In this document: positions 40,644 through 50,104 of the stretch, piece after piece
Numbering within the stretch: the first letter of the stretch is position 1
Layout: each line of letters opens with the position of its first letter
NCBI GenBank assembly: GCA_044070495.1
Contig: JBIPSI010000036.1
Coordinates: 1 to 50,104, forward strand
Length of the DNA stretch: 50,104 nucleotides
From: Spirulina sp.
GTDB taxonomy: Bacteria > Cyanobacteriota > Cyanobacteriia > Phormidesmidales > Phormidesmidaceae
Direction of reading: 5' to 3'
Program-made: the position numbers and the translations under genes
Notes under the pieces: model-generated
What the model was told of the DNA's origin: nothing
The model's database searches: none
The model's input: the letters and a program-made list of their open reading frames with translations, nothing else

Positions 40644-41945
40644 ATGTTCTACCCCATTGGCTGGCTGGCCCCAGAGTTGCCCAAACCTGCACCTCAGATT
40701 TTGGGTTCTGATCGGTTGTCGGTGTTGCCATCTACTCATGCAGCCTCCCTTTGGCCTCGGCAAGGGCACCGCCATGGCTTAGCCGAGGCCATCCACCGCC
40801 CCCGATGGACCCCGGGTCGTAGCCCCTCGAAGGCCCTGCCCCCCGGCCCCGTTGTCCCTGGGTCAGATCAGTCTACGGCCTCGGCGTCTACCGCCGAATC
40901 CACCCAAGCCATGGTTCTGCGCCAGGGCAGTCAAGGGGACGCGGTGTGGGCGGTACAGGCGCGACTCCAGCGGTTAGGCTACGATCCCGGCCCCCTAGAT
41001 GGCTACTTTGGTCCCCAAACGGAGCGGGCCGTGCGGCAGTTTCAGCAGGCCTCCTCCATTGCGGTAGATGGGGTAGTAGGGGCAATTACCTGGCGATATT
41101 TAGTGCCTGGGCGAGCCATTCCCCTGGCTCTCAACGTACCCCCTGCTCCCGCCCCGCCCCTCGCCGCCGCCGGTGTGACATCGGTGCTTCCCCCGGCGGC
41201 TGGGGCCTTGTCTACCCCCCTCGGCCTCAGCCCCATGGTTGTTCTGCCAGAGGAATCTCCCTCGCAGATACTGGGGATTGTGGTGATTGGGTTGGGCCTA
41301 GCGGGTTTGGTGACCCACCTGGGCTTTCGTCCCGATGTAGCCCTTCGTCCTCGCCAATCGTCCGCTAGCGCCCCCTCCCCTCCCATTCACACTCCTCAGC
41401 CGATTTATCCTGTAAACCCTACCCCATTCCACCCGGCTGCTTCAGACCTCTCCGACTCAAACCGCCCTAACCCTGCCCCCTCTAACCCGGATCCCTCTGA
41501 CCCCGCCATCCCACCCATCATCACCCCCACTCACTTGCCCGACTTTGTCTACGACCTGCTGCAACCCTACGACCGACATCAGCTAGAAGTCCTGCTGCAG
41601 GGTAGGGCGGCCCAAGGGGTAGCGGCCAAGCAGGAATTATCAGCCAAGGCTGGGCAGGCGTCCCAGAGCCAACCGATGCTAGCGGCCCTGTTGCAGCGGG
41701 TGGGCATTTTCCCAGAGCACAACCACCGCACCGGATCGCCCTATACCTACATGCTGCTGGATGACGTAGGCGGCTGTTTTCGGCTATGCGGTAACGAGCT
41801 ATGGCTCACTCACATTGTCCACCACTGGTTTCAGCCCGATATGGCCTACACCGCCATGATTCGCCGTATTGATGCCGTCGGGCAGGTGTTGGATAAGGAA
41901 TTTACGGTGGCCCTCAGTCGGCAGCAGTTGGCCTGGGTGGCCTAG
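40644..41945 (+). CDS. Peptidoglycan-binding membrane protein with C-terminal cadherin-like domain
   Basis: PG_binding_1 motif LRQGSQGDAV..VQ.RL..LGY...DGYFGPQTE.AV..FQ......DGVVG..TW, one hydrophobic helix, Pro-rich linker and cadherin-like tail. Start uncertain (40503 or 40644). Confidence 0.7.
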   Translation: MFYPIGWLAPELPKPAPQILGSDRLSVLPSTHAASLWPRQGHRHGLAEAIHRPRWTPGRSPSKALPPGPVVPGSDQSTASASTAESTQAMVLRQGSQGDAVWAVQARLQRLGYDPGPLDGYFGPQTERAVRQFQQASSIAVDGVVGAITWRYLVPGRAIPLALNVPPAPAPPLAAAGVTSVLPPAAGALSTPLGLSPMVVLPEESPSQILGIVVIGLGLAGLVTHLGFRPDVALRPRQSSASAPSPPIHTPQPIYPVNPTPFHPAASDLSDSNRPNPAPSNPDPSDPAIPPIITPTHLPDFVYDLLQPYDRHQLEVLLQGRAAQGVAAKQELSAKAGQASQSQPMLAALLQRVGIFPEHNHRTGSPYTYMLLDDVGGCFRLCGNELWLTHIVHHWFQPDMAYTAMIRRIDAVGQVLDKEFTVALSRQQLAWVA

Positions 41946-42008
41946 GGTTGGGGCGACCTGGCAAGGCTTACAATGGGGAATACGCCACCCTAGGGAGGTT
42001 TTTGGCCC

Positions 42009-42782
42009 ATGGCTGAGACCAGTAGATTGATCTCCGAACCCATCGTCTATCCCGAAACCGATGGCCAACCCATGACCGAAAGCGACGCCACCCGCGACTA
42101 CCTGATTTACTGCCTTGAGGTACTGCGGCTGTACTTCAAAAGCCGTCAGAACATCTATGTCTCTGGGAATTTATTCGTCTACTACGAAGAGGGCAACCCC
42201 AGGGCATCGGTTTCGCCGGATGTGTTTGTGATCTTCGGTGTCAGCCATCGGCAGCGCCGCAGCTACAAGGCTTGGCAGGAAGGGGGAAAGCTTCCCAACT
42301 TTGTGTTAGAAATTACCTCCCGCACCACCAAGCGCCAAGATCAAGAGGAGAAACCCAAGCTCTACGCCAGCCTGGGCGTGGAAGAATACATGCAGTACGA
42401 CCCCACCGCCGACTACCTCAAGCCACAATTGCAGGGGGCTCGGCTGGTGGATGGTGTCTATCAGCCCCTGCCCCTGATCACTACCCCCGAGGGCATTCCC
42501 TACCTGCATAGCCAGGTGCTAGGGCTGGATTTGCAACTGCACGATCCCTACCCCGCCCTGGGATTGGCACCCCTGCCCCGTGCCCTGCGGTTCTATGACC
42601 CTGAAACTGGGACAAAACTGCTCAACCGCGAGGAAGTGGAGCAGGAGCGAGTTGCCCTGGAGCAGGAGAATGCGATCATTCAACAGGAGCGCGATGTTGC
42701 CCAGCAGGAGCGCGATGCCGCCCTACGGCGGGCCGAAGAACTGGAGGCTCGTTTGCGAGATCTGGGCGTTGATTTGGAGTAG
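42009..42782 (+). CDS. Uma2 family endonuclease with coiled-coil tail
   Basis: YPETDGQPMTES, SPDVFV, VLEITS and LGVEEY..YDP. Confidence 0.9.
   Translation: MAETSRLISEPIVYPETDGQPMTESDATRDYLIYCLEVLRLYFKSRQNIYVSGNLFVYYEEGNPRASVSPDVFVIFGVSHRQRRSYKAWQEGGKLPNFVLEITSRTTKRQDQEEKPKLYASLGVEEYMQYDPTADYLKPQLQGARLVDGVYQPLPLITTPEGIPYLHSQVLGLDLQLHDPYPALGLAPLPRALRFYDPETGTKLLNREEVEQERVALEQENAIIQQERDVAQQERDAALRRAEELEARLRDLGVDLE
42639..42722 (+). repeat. Four degenerate 21-bp in-frame repeats ((E/Q)QE... heptads)
   Basis: CAGGAG recurs every 21 bp: EQERVAL EQENAII QQERDVA QQERDAA. Confidence 0.7.
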
Positions 42783-42871
42783 CGGGTTGTACCGTCCCAC
42801 GGCCTAGGGGCCACAATTGCCCCTAACGCATTGATACTTTTTAAGCATTGTCTGTGTCTTTACCCACTGCC

Positions 42872-43942
42872 ATGACCTCAGCCCTACAAGCAATCCAATC
42901 CACCCAAGGTGCTATGTTTGACCCACCCCAGGGGCCACCGCTCAGCTTTGGCAATGACGAGGTGGCCTTGGCCGCTGTCAGCGCCGGGGTCGTGCTGGTG
43001 GATCGCAGCCATTGGGGGGTCTTGGAGATGACCGGGGCGGATCGGCTGCGGTTTCTCCACAACCAAACCACCAACGCCCTTACCCAGCGCCAGCCGGGGC
43101 AGGGCTGCGACACGGTGTTTGTCACCTCCACCGCTCGCACCCTCGATCTGGCGACGGTCTACGCCACCGAGGAAAGCCTGTGGATCGTCACCTCCCCTGG
43201 TCAAGATCAGCGATTGCTGGACTGGATGGATCGCTACATTTTCCCGGCAGACAAGGTGAATTTGACCAACCACACGGGCCAGATGGGCCTGTTTTCCCTG
43301 ATCGGGCCAGGTAGCCATGCTCTCATTAAATTCCTGGGGGTCAACCTAGAGGCCGACAGCCCCTACGGTCAGCATTGTCCTCTAGGGGACAATGGATGGC
43401 GCGTAGCGGTGGGCAGTGGCCTGGGCTGGCCGGGATATACCCTATTTGGGCCAATAGCAACCGCCGCTGAGGTGTGGCAGCGCTGTAGCCAGGGGGGAGC
43501 CATCCCCGCCGGAGAAATGCTGTGGGAGCGGTGGCGCATTCAGCAGGGGCGTCCGGTGCCGGGGGCCGAACTTACCGAGGAGGTGAACCCCCTGGAGGCG
43601 GGGCTGTGGCATACCCTATCCTTTGATAAGGGCTGCTACATCGGCCAAGAAACCATCGCCCGCCTGAATACCTATCGGGGGGTGAAGCAACAGCTTTGGG
43701 GTCTGCGCCTCAGTCAGTGGGTGGACCCCGGTGAGCCCCTTTACCTAGGGGAGGACAAGGTGGGGTGGGTCACCAGTGTTGTGGAGACGGAAACGGGCAT
43801 CCTAGGGCTGGGCTATCTGCGCACTAAGGCCGGGGGGCAAGGGTTAACCGTCACCGCCGCCGCCGCCACTGCCCAGGTGGTTGAGGTTCCCTTTCTGTCG
43901 CGAGGGTATCTGGCCGAGGATCCTCTATCGTCCAAGGCTTGA
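42872..43942 (+). CDS. ygfZ: Folate-binding protein YgfZ
   Basis: GADRLRFLHNQTTN and signature KGCYIGQE. Confidence 0.9.
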   Translation: MTSALQAIQSTQGAMFDPPQGPPLSFGNDEVALAAVSAGVVLVDRSHWGVLEMTGADRLRFLHNQTTNALTQRQPGQGCDTVFVTSTARTLDLATVYATEESLWIVTSPGQDQRLLDWMDRYIFPADKVNLTNHTGQMGLFSLIGPGSHALIKFLGVNLEADSPYGQHCPLGDNGWRVAVGSGLGWPGYTLFGPIATAAEVWQRCSQGGAIPAGEMLWERWRIQQGRPVPGAELTEEVNPLEAGLWHTLSFDKGCYIGQETIARLNTYRGVKQQLWGLRLSQWVDPGEPLYLGEDKVGWVTSVVETETGILGLGYLRTKAGGQGLTVTAAAATAQVVEVPFLSRGYLAEDPLSSKA

Positions 43943-44294
43943 GGAATTTCTGGCTACCAATCCCTCCTACCTGCCCGGCTGTCTCCAAATGCACCTTCTA
44001 GGGCAATTCTTCAGCCACCAGTGGGTAGACTAGGGTCAGCGCCAACTTGAGGGACGCTGTTGCTCCCTTAGAGTCCCATCTTGAGATGATTTCTGGAGGG
44101 ATCTGGCTTTGGGCCAACGCATTCTCGGAAGCCCTAAGTCGGTATCCTAGTCACTACGGTTTCCCTTAATCTGGTCTTGGGCTGACGTAAAACCTCGCCC
44201 ATCGCGACCTATCCTTGGCTTGGCCACCCTAGCCTACGGGCTGCCCTAGTCCATGGATGGCCCGCCAGCGTTCACGTTACGACATGAGAAAACT

Positions 44295-45368
44295 ATGAGC
44301 CAGCCCAAACGTGCATTGATTACCGGCATCACGGGTCAAGACGGATCCTATCTAGCCGAGTTGCTGCTAGAGAAAGGTTACGAAGTGCACGGCATCATCC
44401 GCCGCACCTCCACCTTTAATACCGACCGCATTGATCATATCTACGTTGACCCACACAACGAAGAGGCCCGGCTGTTTTTGCACTATGGCGACCTTACGGA
44501 TGGCACCATGCTGCGCCGCATTCTAGAGCAGGTTCAGCCCCAGGAGGTCTACAACCTAGGCGCACAGTCCCACGTACGGGTCAGCTTCGACTCGCCGGAA
44601 TATACCGCCGATGCCGTGGGTATGGGCACCCTGCGCCTGCTAGAGGCCATCCGCGACTACCAGCAACGGACGGACTCTGAGGTGCGGTTCTACCAGGCCG
44701 GATCCTCGGAAATGTTCGGCAAGGTGCAGGAAATTCCCCAAACAGAAACCACCCCCTTCTACCCCCGCAGCCCCTACGCCTGCGCCAAGGTTTACGCCCA
44801 CTGGCAAACCATCAACTATCGCGAATCCTACAATCTGTTTGCCTGCAACGGCATTTTGTTTAACCACGAGTCTCCCCGCCGGGGCGAAACCTTTGTGACC
44901 CGCAAAATTACCCGTGCCGTGGCCCGGATTGTGGCGGGTCAGCAGAAAAAGCTGTACCTGGGCAATCTGGACGCGAAGCGCGACTGGGGCTACGCCAAGG
45001 ACTACGTGAAGGCCATGTGGCTGATGCTCCAGCAAGATCAGCCCGACGACTATGTGGTGGCCACCAACGAAACCCACTCCATCCGCGAGTTCCTCGATAT
45101 CGCCTTTAACCACGTCAACCTCGACTGGCACGACTATGTAGAGTTTGACCCCCGCTACCTGCGCCCCGCCGAGGTGGAACTGCTGATTGGCGATTCCACC
45201 AAAGCCCGTCAACAGCTCGGCTGGGAACCCAGCGTCACCTTCGAGCAGTTGGTACACCTGATGGTAGAAGCCGATCTCGAAGCGGTAGGCATTGCCCACG
45301 GCAACGGCCACAGCAACGACGTGGCCACCGTGCGCAAGGACATGCTGCACCTTTCACCCCAGGGCTAA
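44295..45368 (+). CDS. gmd: GDP-mannose 4,6-dehydratase
   Basis: [32 protein letters not shown] and RDWG. Confidence 0.96.
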   Translation: MSQPKRALITGITGQDGSYLAELLLEKGYEVHGIIRRTSTFNTDRIDHIYVDPHNEEARLFLHYGDLTDGTMLRRILEQVQPQEVYNLGAQSHVRVSFDSPEYTADAVGMGTLRLLEAIRDYQQRTDSEVRFYQAGSSEMFGKVQEIPQTETTPFYPRSPYACAKVYAHWQTINYRESYNLFACNGILFNHESPRRGETFVTRKITRAVARIVAGQQKKLYLGNLDAKRDWGYAKDYVKAMWLMLQQDQPDDYVVATNETHSIREFLDIAFNHVNLDWHDYVEFDPRYLRPAEVELLIGDSTKARQQLGWEPSVTFEQLVHLMVEADLEAVGIAHGNGHSNDVATVRKDMLHLSPQG

Positions 45369-45607
45369 GGGGCGAAAGCTTCCCCTCAGCGGTTTCCCGT
45401 CATTGGCCTCAGTCCGCGAAGCTGGGGCCTGATTAGATCAGGCTATGGGGTGTTCTGGTTTTTCTATCGGGAAATCGTTCTGTTGGCGAGGTCTTTCCCT
45501 TAGTATGGAAATGCTCTCGGTTCCAGGCTCGGCGATTTGGCTTCGAGTTAGGGCCAGGACGGTCTATCGCTACGGATTCTCGGTTGTCGATTTTAGTACT
45601 GCACGCT

Positions 45608-46048
45608 ATGGCTGACGAAAAGACCCCGCAAACGTCCCCTGCCGCCAAGGCTCCCAAAAAGGAAAAGCCCCCCGCCCTGGAAGATAAGCCCTTCCCGGAG
45701 TTTATGCAGCAGCACTTTTTGCCGAGCCTAGAAGCGGCGCTCAAAGAGAAGGGCATGGGCGATATTAAGCTCAGCTTTGCCCAGCAGCCCCTTGCGGTGT
45801 TTGGGGTTTCCGATGGCGAAGCCTATTGGCAGGTGAAAGGCCAGTGGCTGGGGGACAGCCGCCAGTTCACCATCGCCTTTCTGAAGGACAGCATCACCAG
45901 CCCCAAGCTGTTTTACCTAGCGGATGGTGGCAGCGAACCCAGCACCATCGAGCAATTTATGGGCGACGAGCGCAAAATCACCCTCGACCTGATGGTGCTC
46001 TACACCCTGCAACGCCTCAACGGCCAAAAGTGGCTGGTGCGCAATTAG
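45608..46048 (+). CDS. DUF2996 family protein
   Basis: PPALEDKPF.EF and IEQFMGDERKITLDLMV...QRLNGQKWL. Confidence 0.8.
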   Translation: MADEKTPQTSPAAKAPKKEKPPALEDKPFPEFMQQHFLPSLEAALKEKGMGDIKLSFAQQPLAVFGVSDGEAYWQVKGQWLGDSRQFTIAFLKDSITSPKLFYLADGGSEPSTIEQFMGDERKITLDLMVLYTLQRLNGQKWLVRN

Positions 46049-46109
46049 TCGCGGGTAGACCATGGGGGTATCGGTGCTAGGACGGCCAATGGAGCCGTGA
46101 AATTTTTCT

Positions 46110-46904
46110 ATGGCTGACTGCAACCAAACCGCCTACGCCAAGTCCAGCCTGGTTCGCTACTACACGCAACTGCACCAGCTTCAGCCCGCCGAACGGGGAA
46201 TTTTGATGCGGCTGAGGGATCAGTTGCCCACCATGGCCATGCTGGATCTCGGCATTGGCGGCGGACGCACCACCCAGCATCTTTGGCCCAGGGTCGGCCA
46301 GTATACGGGCATTGACTACTCGGCGGAAATGATCGCCGCCTGTCGTGCCCGGTTTAGCCCTGCTGGTGATGACGGGGCGGGGCCAACCTTGGCGGTCATG
46401 GATGCGCGGGATCTCTCGGCCTTTGAGGACAAAAGCTTTGACCTAATTTGGTTCAGCTTCAATGGTCTGGACTACGTTTCCCATGCCGACCGCCTAAAAA
46501 TTTTGCAGGAAGTCCACCGCGTCGGCAAACCGGGGGCTTATTTTGTGTTTTCCAGCCACAACCTGCGGGGCATGGCCAGGACATTTGACTATCGCCAGCA
46601 TCTCAGCTTCAACCCCCTAACCACCTACGTTGATTTGGCGATGTGGGGCCTGCTGCGCTGGTTTAACCGGGGAGTGGGTATCACGGATTTGTCCCGCACC
46701 GATCACCTCATCCTACGGGACGAGTCCCACAACTTTGCTCTCCAGACCTACTACATCGATCCCGCTGCCCAAATTCAACAACTTGCCTTTGGGTTCCACA
46801 GCATCGAGGTCTATCCTTGGACTCAGATGGATCCAGTGAATGACGTAGATGATCCAGGTTTAAGCTCAGCCCTTTGGCTGTATTACTGCGGTGTCGTGGC
46901 TTAA
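46110..46904 (+). CDS. Class I SAM-dependent methyltransferase
   Basis: LDLGIGGGRTT, GIDYS.EM, DARDL and FSFNGLDY. Confidence 0.85.
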   Translation: MADCNQTAYAKSSLVRYYTQLHQLQPAERGILMRLRDQLPTMAMLDLGIGGGRTTQHLWPRVGQYTGIDYSAEMIAACRARFSPAGDDGAGPTLAVMDARDLSAFEDKSFDLIWFSFNGLDYVSHADRLKILQEVHRVGKPGAYFVFSSHNLRGMARTFDYRQHLSFNPLTTYVDLAMWGLLRWFNRGVGITDLSRTDHLILRDESHNFALQTYYIDPAAQIQQLAFGFHSIEVYPWTQMDPVNDVDDPGLSSALWLYYCGVVA

Positions 46905-46932
46905 ATCGCGGATGAGATTGGCTGGGCCTAGA

Positions 46933-47289
46933 TTAACGGGTCAGCAAGGCTTGTAGGGCAGGGGACTGGGGCTTGAACCCCACAGCAATGGCCTGCCCCG
47001 CCTGGACAAAGAGGGGACGCTTGATCAGCATGGCATTGGCGGCAAAGGCGGCAATCCACTGTTCCTCCGTCCAGGTTTGCTTTTCCTCGCCTAGGGAACG
47101 GTAGACTTGGCCTGAGGTATTGCGCAGGGGCTTGAATCCTAGGGTGCTTACCCAATCGGCCACCATGGTGCGGCTAGGGGGAGCAATCTTGGTGTCTACG
47201 AATTCGTAGGCAATGTGGTTTTGGTCTAACCACTGAAGGGCTTTTTTGCAGGTGTTGCAGGTGGGAATGCCGTAAACCGTTAGGGTCAT
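46933..47289 (-). CDS. ArsC/Spx/MgsR family protein
   Basis: YGIPTCNTCKKA, NTSG and LIKRP. Confidence 0.88.
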   Translation of the reverse strand: MTLTVYGIPTCNTCKKALQWLDQNHIAYEFVDTKIAPPSRTMVADWVSTLGFKPLRNTSGQVYRSLGEEKQTWTEEQWIAAFAANAMLIKRPLFVQAGQAIAVGFKPQSPALQALLTR

Positions 47290-47310
47290 AGGGAAAGGGC
47301 GATGGTCAGC

Positions 47311-47350
47311 CAGACATGAATCGATCAGACGTTAACCGATCAGACATTAA
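47311..47350. repeat. Three copies of a 15-bp-period repeat
   Basis: CAGACATGAATCGAT CAGACGTTAACCGAT CAGACATTAA at 47311, 47326 and 47341. Confidence 0.7.
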
Positions 47351-47356
47351 ATAAGG

Positions 47357-47404
47357 CAGTTACCCAAGGGCATCTGGGCTAAAGCCTAGCCCCCTGGGTA
47401 ACTG
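47357..47404 (-). terminator. Hairpin downstream of cp12
   Basis: Arms CAGTTACCCAAGGG / CCCCTGGGTAACTG with an inner GGGCTA/TAGCCC stem. Confidence 0.6.
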
Positions 47405-47425
47405 TGAGCGGTCGATCTAGTTGGC

Positions 47426-47647
47426 CTAGTTATCGTAGACGCGGCACTCGTCGGCGTCAGGGTTGTTGTCGCAGTAGGTTTCTAAGGAACTTTTGTCGGT
47501 ACCCTGTTCTCGCTGGTGGGAGGCTTCGGCCTGAAGCTCTTCAACGGCATCCCAGGCGGCAGCGCATTCTTGGGAGTTACCGGTGTCGCAGGCGGCTCGG
47601 GCGCTTTCAATTTCGCTCTGGATGCGGGTTTGGATGTTATCGCTCAT
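47426..47647 (-). CDS. cp12: Calvin cycle regulator CP12 (both Cys pairs)
   Basis: C..C-AAAWDAVEELQAE and YCDNNPDADECRVYD. Confidence 0.95.
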   Translation of the reverse strand: MSDNIQTRIQSEIESARAACDTGNSQECAAAWDAVEELQAEASHQREQGTDKSSLETYCDNNPDADECRVYDN

Positions 47648-48012
47648 GGCTTTCCTTTCGAGTGTTATCTCGTTTGATAAGGTCTTATCTGGTCTTGGCT
47701 ATCGGATCCGAATCGGTCTGAACATGGGCCAAATGGGCTTTGATCGTGGGCTTCACGAGGGTTGCGCCCACGTCTTCCCATGGGCCTGGGGACACGTCAT
47801 TGTCTCCGATGCTTTGAGGGCAAACCTTAAAATCCAGTATAGTTTAACGTTTAGAATGACCTAGTTCAGTGACCTAGCCAACCATAGGGGGTATCAGCCA
47901 TGGCCCACGGGTCATCCTCACGACTAGGCCATTGATCAGGTCGTGTTGATAGGGCCATGTCATGACCAAACGCTGCAACCACTGAAACCAACCGCGAAGG
48001 AGAGGATCCACC

Positions 48013-49245
48013 ATGAATGGCGATTCCCAGACCATGCAGTGGGCCAATGCCCTATCCCAGCGAGCTTCCCTGGAGGGGGCGGTGCAGGAGGTGGTGGATT
48101 GCCTCAAGGATCACTTTGAAGCTCCGCCGGATCTGGGGCTGGTGTTCATTTCCTCAGCCTTTACCAGTGAGTTTCCGCGCCTGCTACCTCTGCTGCAAGA
48201 ACGGTGGCCTATGCCTGTGCTGGTGGGCTGTAGCGGCGGCGGTGTGGTGGGTATGACGGCTGCCGATGAAGCCTTGGAGGTGGAGTCTGCCCCTGCCCTC
48301 AGCCTTACCGTGGCGCGCCTGCCAGGAGTAACGGTGCAACCCTTTCACCTATCCAGCGACGACCTACCCGATCTAGACAGCCCGCCCAACACCTGGACTG
48401 ACCTGCTTGGCGTAGACCCCGCCACCAATCCTCAGTTCATTTTGCTGGCGGATCCCTTTTCCGCCAGCATCAACGACCTGCTCCAGGGGCTAGATTTTGC
48501 CTACCCCCAAGCCGTAAAGGTGGGTGGCTTGGCCAGTGTGGATGGCTTTAACCGTCAGAGTGGCCTGTTCTGTAACAGCACCCTGCACAGCGAGGGCGTG
48601 GTGGGGGTGGCGCTTTCCGGTGCCATTGTCCTTGATGCCATTGTGGCCCAGGGTTGTCGCCCCATTGGCCCTGCCTACCAGGTGAGCCAATCGGAACGGA
48701 ACATCGTCCTTGGCCTCAACGATCCAGACCAGGAGGGCCAGGAACGCCCCCCCCTAGAGGTGCTGCAAGGGTTGATTCAAACCCTCAGCGAGGCGGATCG
48801 CAAACTGGCCCAAAACTCCCTCTTTATCGGCATTGCTCAGGATAGCTTTAAGCTCACCCTCAGTCCTGGCGACTTTCTGATTCGGACATTGCTGGGTGTC
48901 GATCCGAAGGTGGGGGCCATTGCCGTGGGCGACCGAGTGCGACCTGGTCAGCGAATTCAGTTTCACCTGCGCGATGCCCGTACCTCCGCCGAAGACCTTG
49001 ACCACTGGTTGGGCAACTACCAGCGCCAACAACCCACCGCCCCCGCCGGGGCCCTGATGTTTGCCTGTATGGGCCGGGGGGAGGGCCTATACCAAAGCTC
49101 CAACTTCGACTCTGGGTTACTTCAGCAATACCTTGGCCCCGTGCCCCTGGGCGGGTTCTTCTGCGGCGGCGAAATTGGCCCCGTCGGCAACACTACCTTC
49201 CTCCATGGCTTCACCTCCGTCTTCGGCATTTGTCGCCAACCCTAG
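48013..49245 (+). CDS. FIST (NosP-like) domain protein
   Basis: GCSGGG, VGGLAS, QGCRPIG, QFHLRD, FACMGRG and GFFCGGEIGP...HGFT. Confidence 0.9.
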   Translation: MNGDSQTMQWANALSQRASLEGAVQEVVDCLKDHFEAPPDLGLVFISSAFTSEFPRLLPLLQERWPMPVLVGCSGGGVVGMTAADEALEVESAPALSLTVARLPGVTVQPFHLSSDDLPDLDSPPNTWTDLLGVDPATNPQFILLADPFSASINDLLQGLDFAYPQAVKVGGLASVDGFNRQSGLFCNSTLHSEGVVGVALSGAIVLDAIVAQGCRPIGPAYQVSQSERNIVLGLNDPDQEGQERPPLEVLQGLIQTLSEADRKLAQNSLFIGIAQDSFKLTLSPGDFLIRTLLGVDPKVGAIAVGDRVRPGQRIQFHLRDARTSAEDLDHWLGNYQRQQPTAPAGALMFACMGRGEGLYQSSNFDSGLLQQYLGPVPLGGFFCGGEIGPVGNTTFLHGFTSVFGICRQP

Positions 49246-49305
49246 GGGGTGGCTTAAGCTTCCCTTTCCAGCAGCAGAATAGAGCTTATAAAGAGGGTTG
49301 TGGAT

Positions 49306-49334
49306 GTTGGGTTTCGTCCCTCAACCCAACCTAC
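49306..49334 (-). repeat. GTAG-type REP-like palindrome
   Basis: Minus strand GTAG-GTTGGGTT-GAGGGACGA-AACCCAAC. Confidence 0.7.
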
Positions 49335-49494
49335 GACGAACGATCACACTACGAAGAGCGGCCATACGACCTAACCGACATTCCGCAGGTTGACAAAAGG
49401 GATATTGAGGGTAGCTGAGGTAAGCTCAGGGCAAGCAATGGGATCGCGCCTTGGAGATAGAAAACCTGGATTACTTAGGGTTGGTGACCGCCTT

Positions 49495-50104
49495 AGCTCG
49501 ACTTTATCCATTTGATCCAAAAAGGAAAGCAGCAAGCAGAATTCAGATGAGGGTCTGAGGAGCTTGCTGCGATGGAATTTATGTCGATGATGATAGCGTT
49601 TGCGCCGCTGTCTTCCCAGCGGGTCCCCAGGCCCTGACCCTGGTGATGGGAGCGCTGTTGGCTCCAGGGAAACGGACGGTGAGCCAGGTGTTGCGGGTGA
49701 TGGGGTTAGCGGATGAGCCTCAATTTCAGCGTTATCACCGGGTGCTAAATCGGGCGGTTTGGTCGTCTCGGCAGGCGAGTCGCATCTTGTTGAGCCTTTT
49801 GGTGAGAACCTTTGCCGCTGATGGTGTCATCGTGATGGGTCTCGATGACACGATCGAACGACGGTGGGGAAAGCGGATTGCAGCGTGGGGGATCTACCGC
49901 GACCCCGTGCGTTCGAGCCAAGCGCATGTCGTCAAGACCAGTGGGTTGCGCTGGCTCAGTCTGATGCTGTTGGTGCCGATTCCCTGGGCACAGTGCGTTT
50001 GGGCCTTACCGTTTTTAACCGTACTCGCGCCGTCAGAGCGCTACAACCAACAGCAAGGGCGACGGCACAAAGCGTTAACCGATTGGGCGAGACAAATGCT
50101 GGTT
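49495..50104 (+). mobile_element. IS701-like (DDE) insertion sequence, left part; runs off the window end
   Basis: Candidate left end (TT)AGCTCGACTTTATCCA followed by a transposase reading frame. Confidence 0.7.
49572..50104 (+). pseudogene. IS701-like transposase with an early frameshift
   Basis: Frame A (ATG 49572) MEFMSMMIAFAPLSSQRVPRP* stops. The -1 frame continues QALTLVMGALLAPGKRTVSQVLRVMGL...YHRVLNRAVWSS...GLDDTIERRWGKRI...YRDPVRSS...GLRW...WALPFL. Confidence 0.75.

Overview
Mostly core chromosome of a fairly GC-rich, filamentous, probably non-heterocystous cyanobacterium. Evidence: split rpoB-rpoC1-rpoC2, CP12, TrxC, sepJ, and hetZ with an unsplit patU. The window opens with tRNA-Val(CAC), a long terminator hairpin and what looks like a tyrosine-integrase remnant. 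It ends with a GTAG-type REP element and a frameshifted IS701-like transposase. The most unusual element is a three-gene cassette at 7700-9785: a thioredoxin-like [2Fe-2S] protein, a PAS/coiled-coil protein and a SpoIIE-type phosphatase. It mirrors the Hfs/HydS H2-sensing operon of fermentative anaerobes but lacks the [FeFe]-hydrogenase H-cluster domain. Other notable points are the apparent absence of HIP1 with frequent CCTAGG/CCWWGG sites, a pilT2-KaiB-domain gene pair, a Trm1-type tRNA methyltransferase, and a peptidoglycan-binding membrane protein with a cadherin-like tail. All calls come from reading motifs by eye; no database searches were run.
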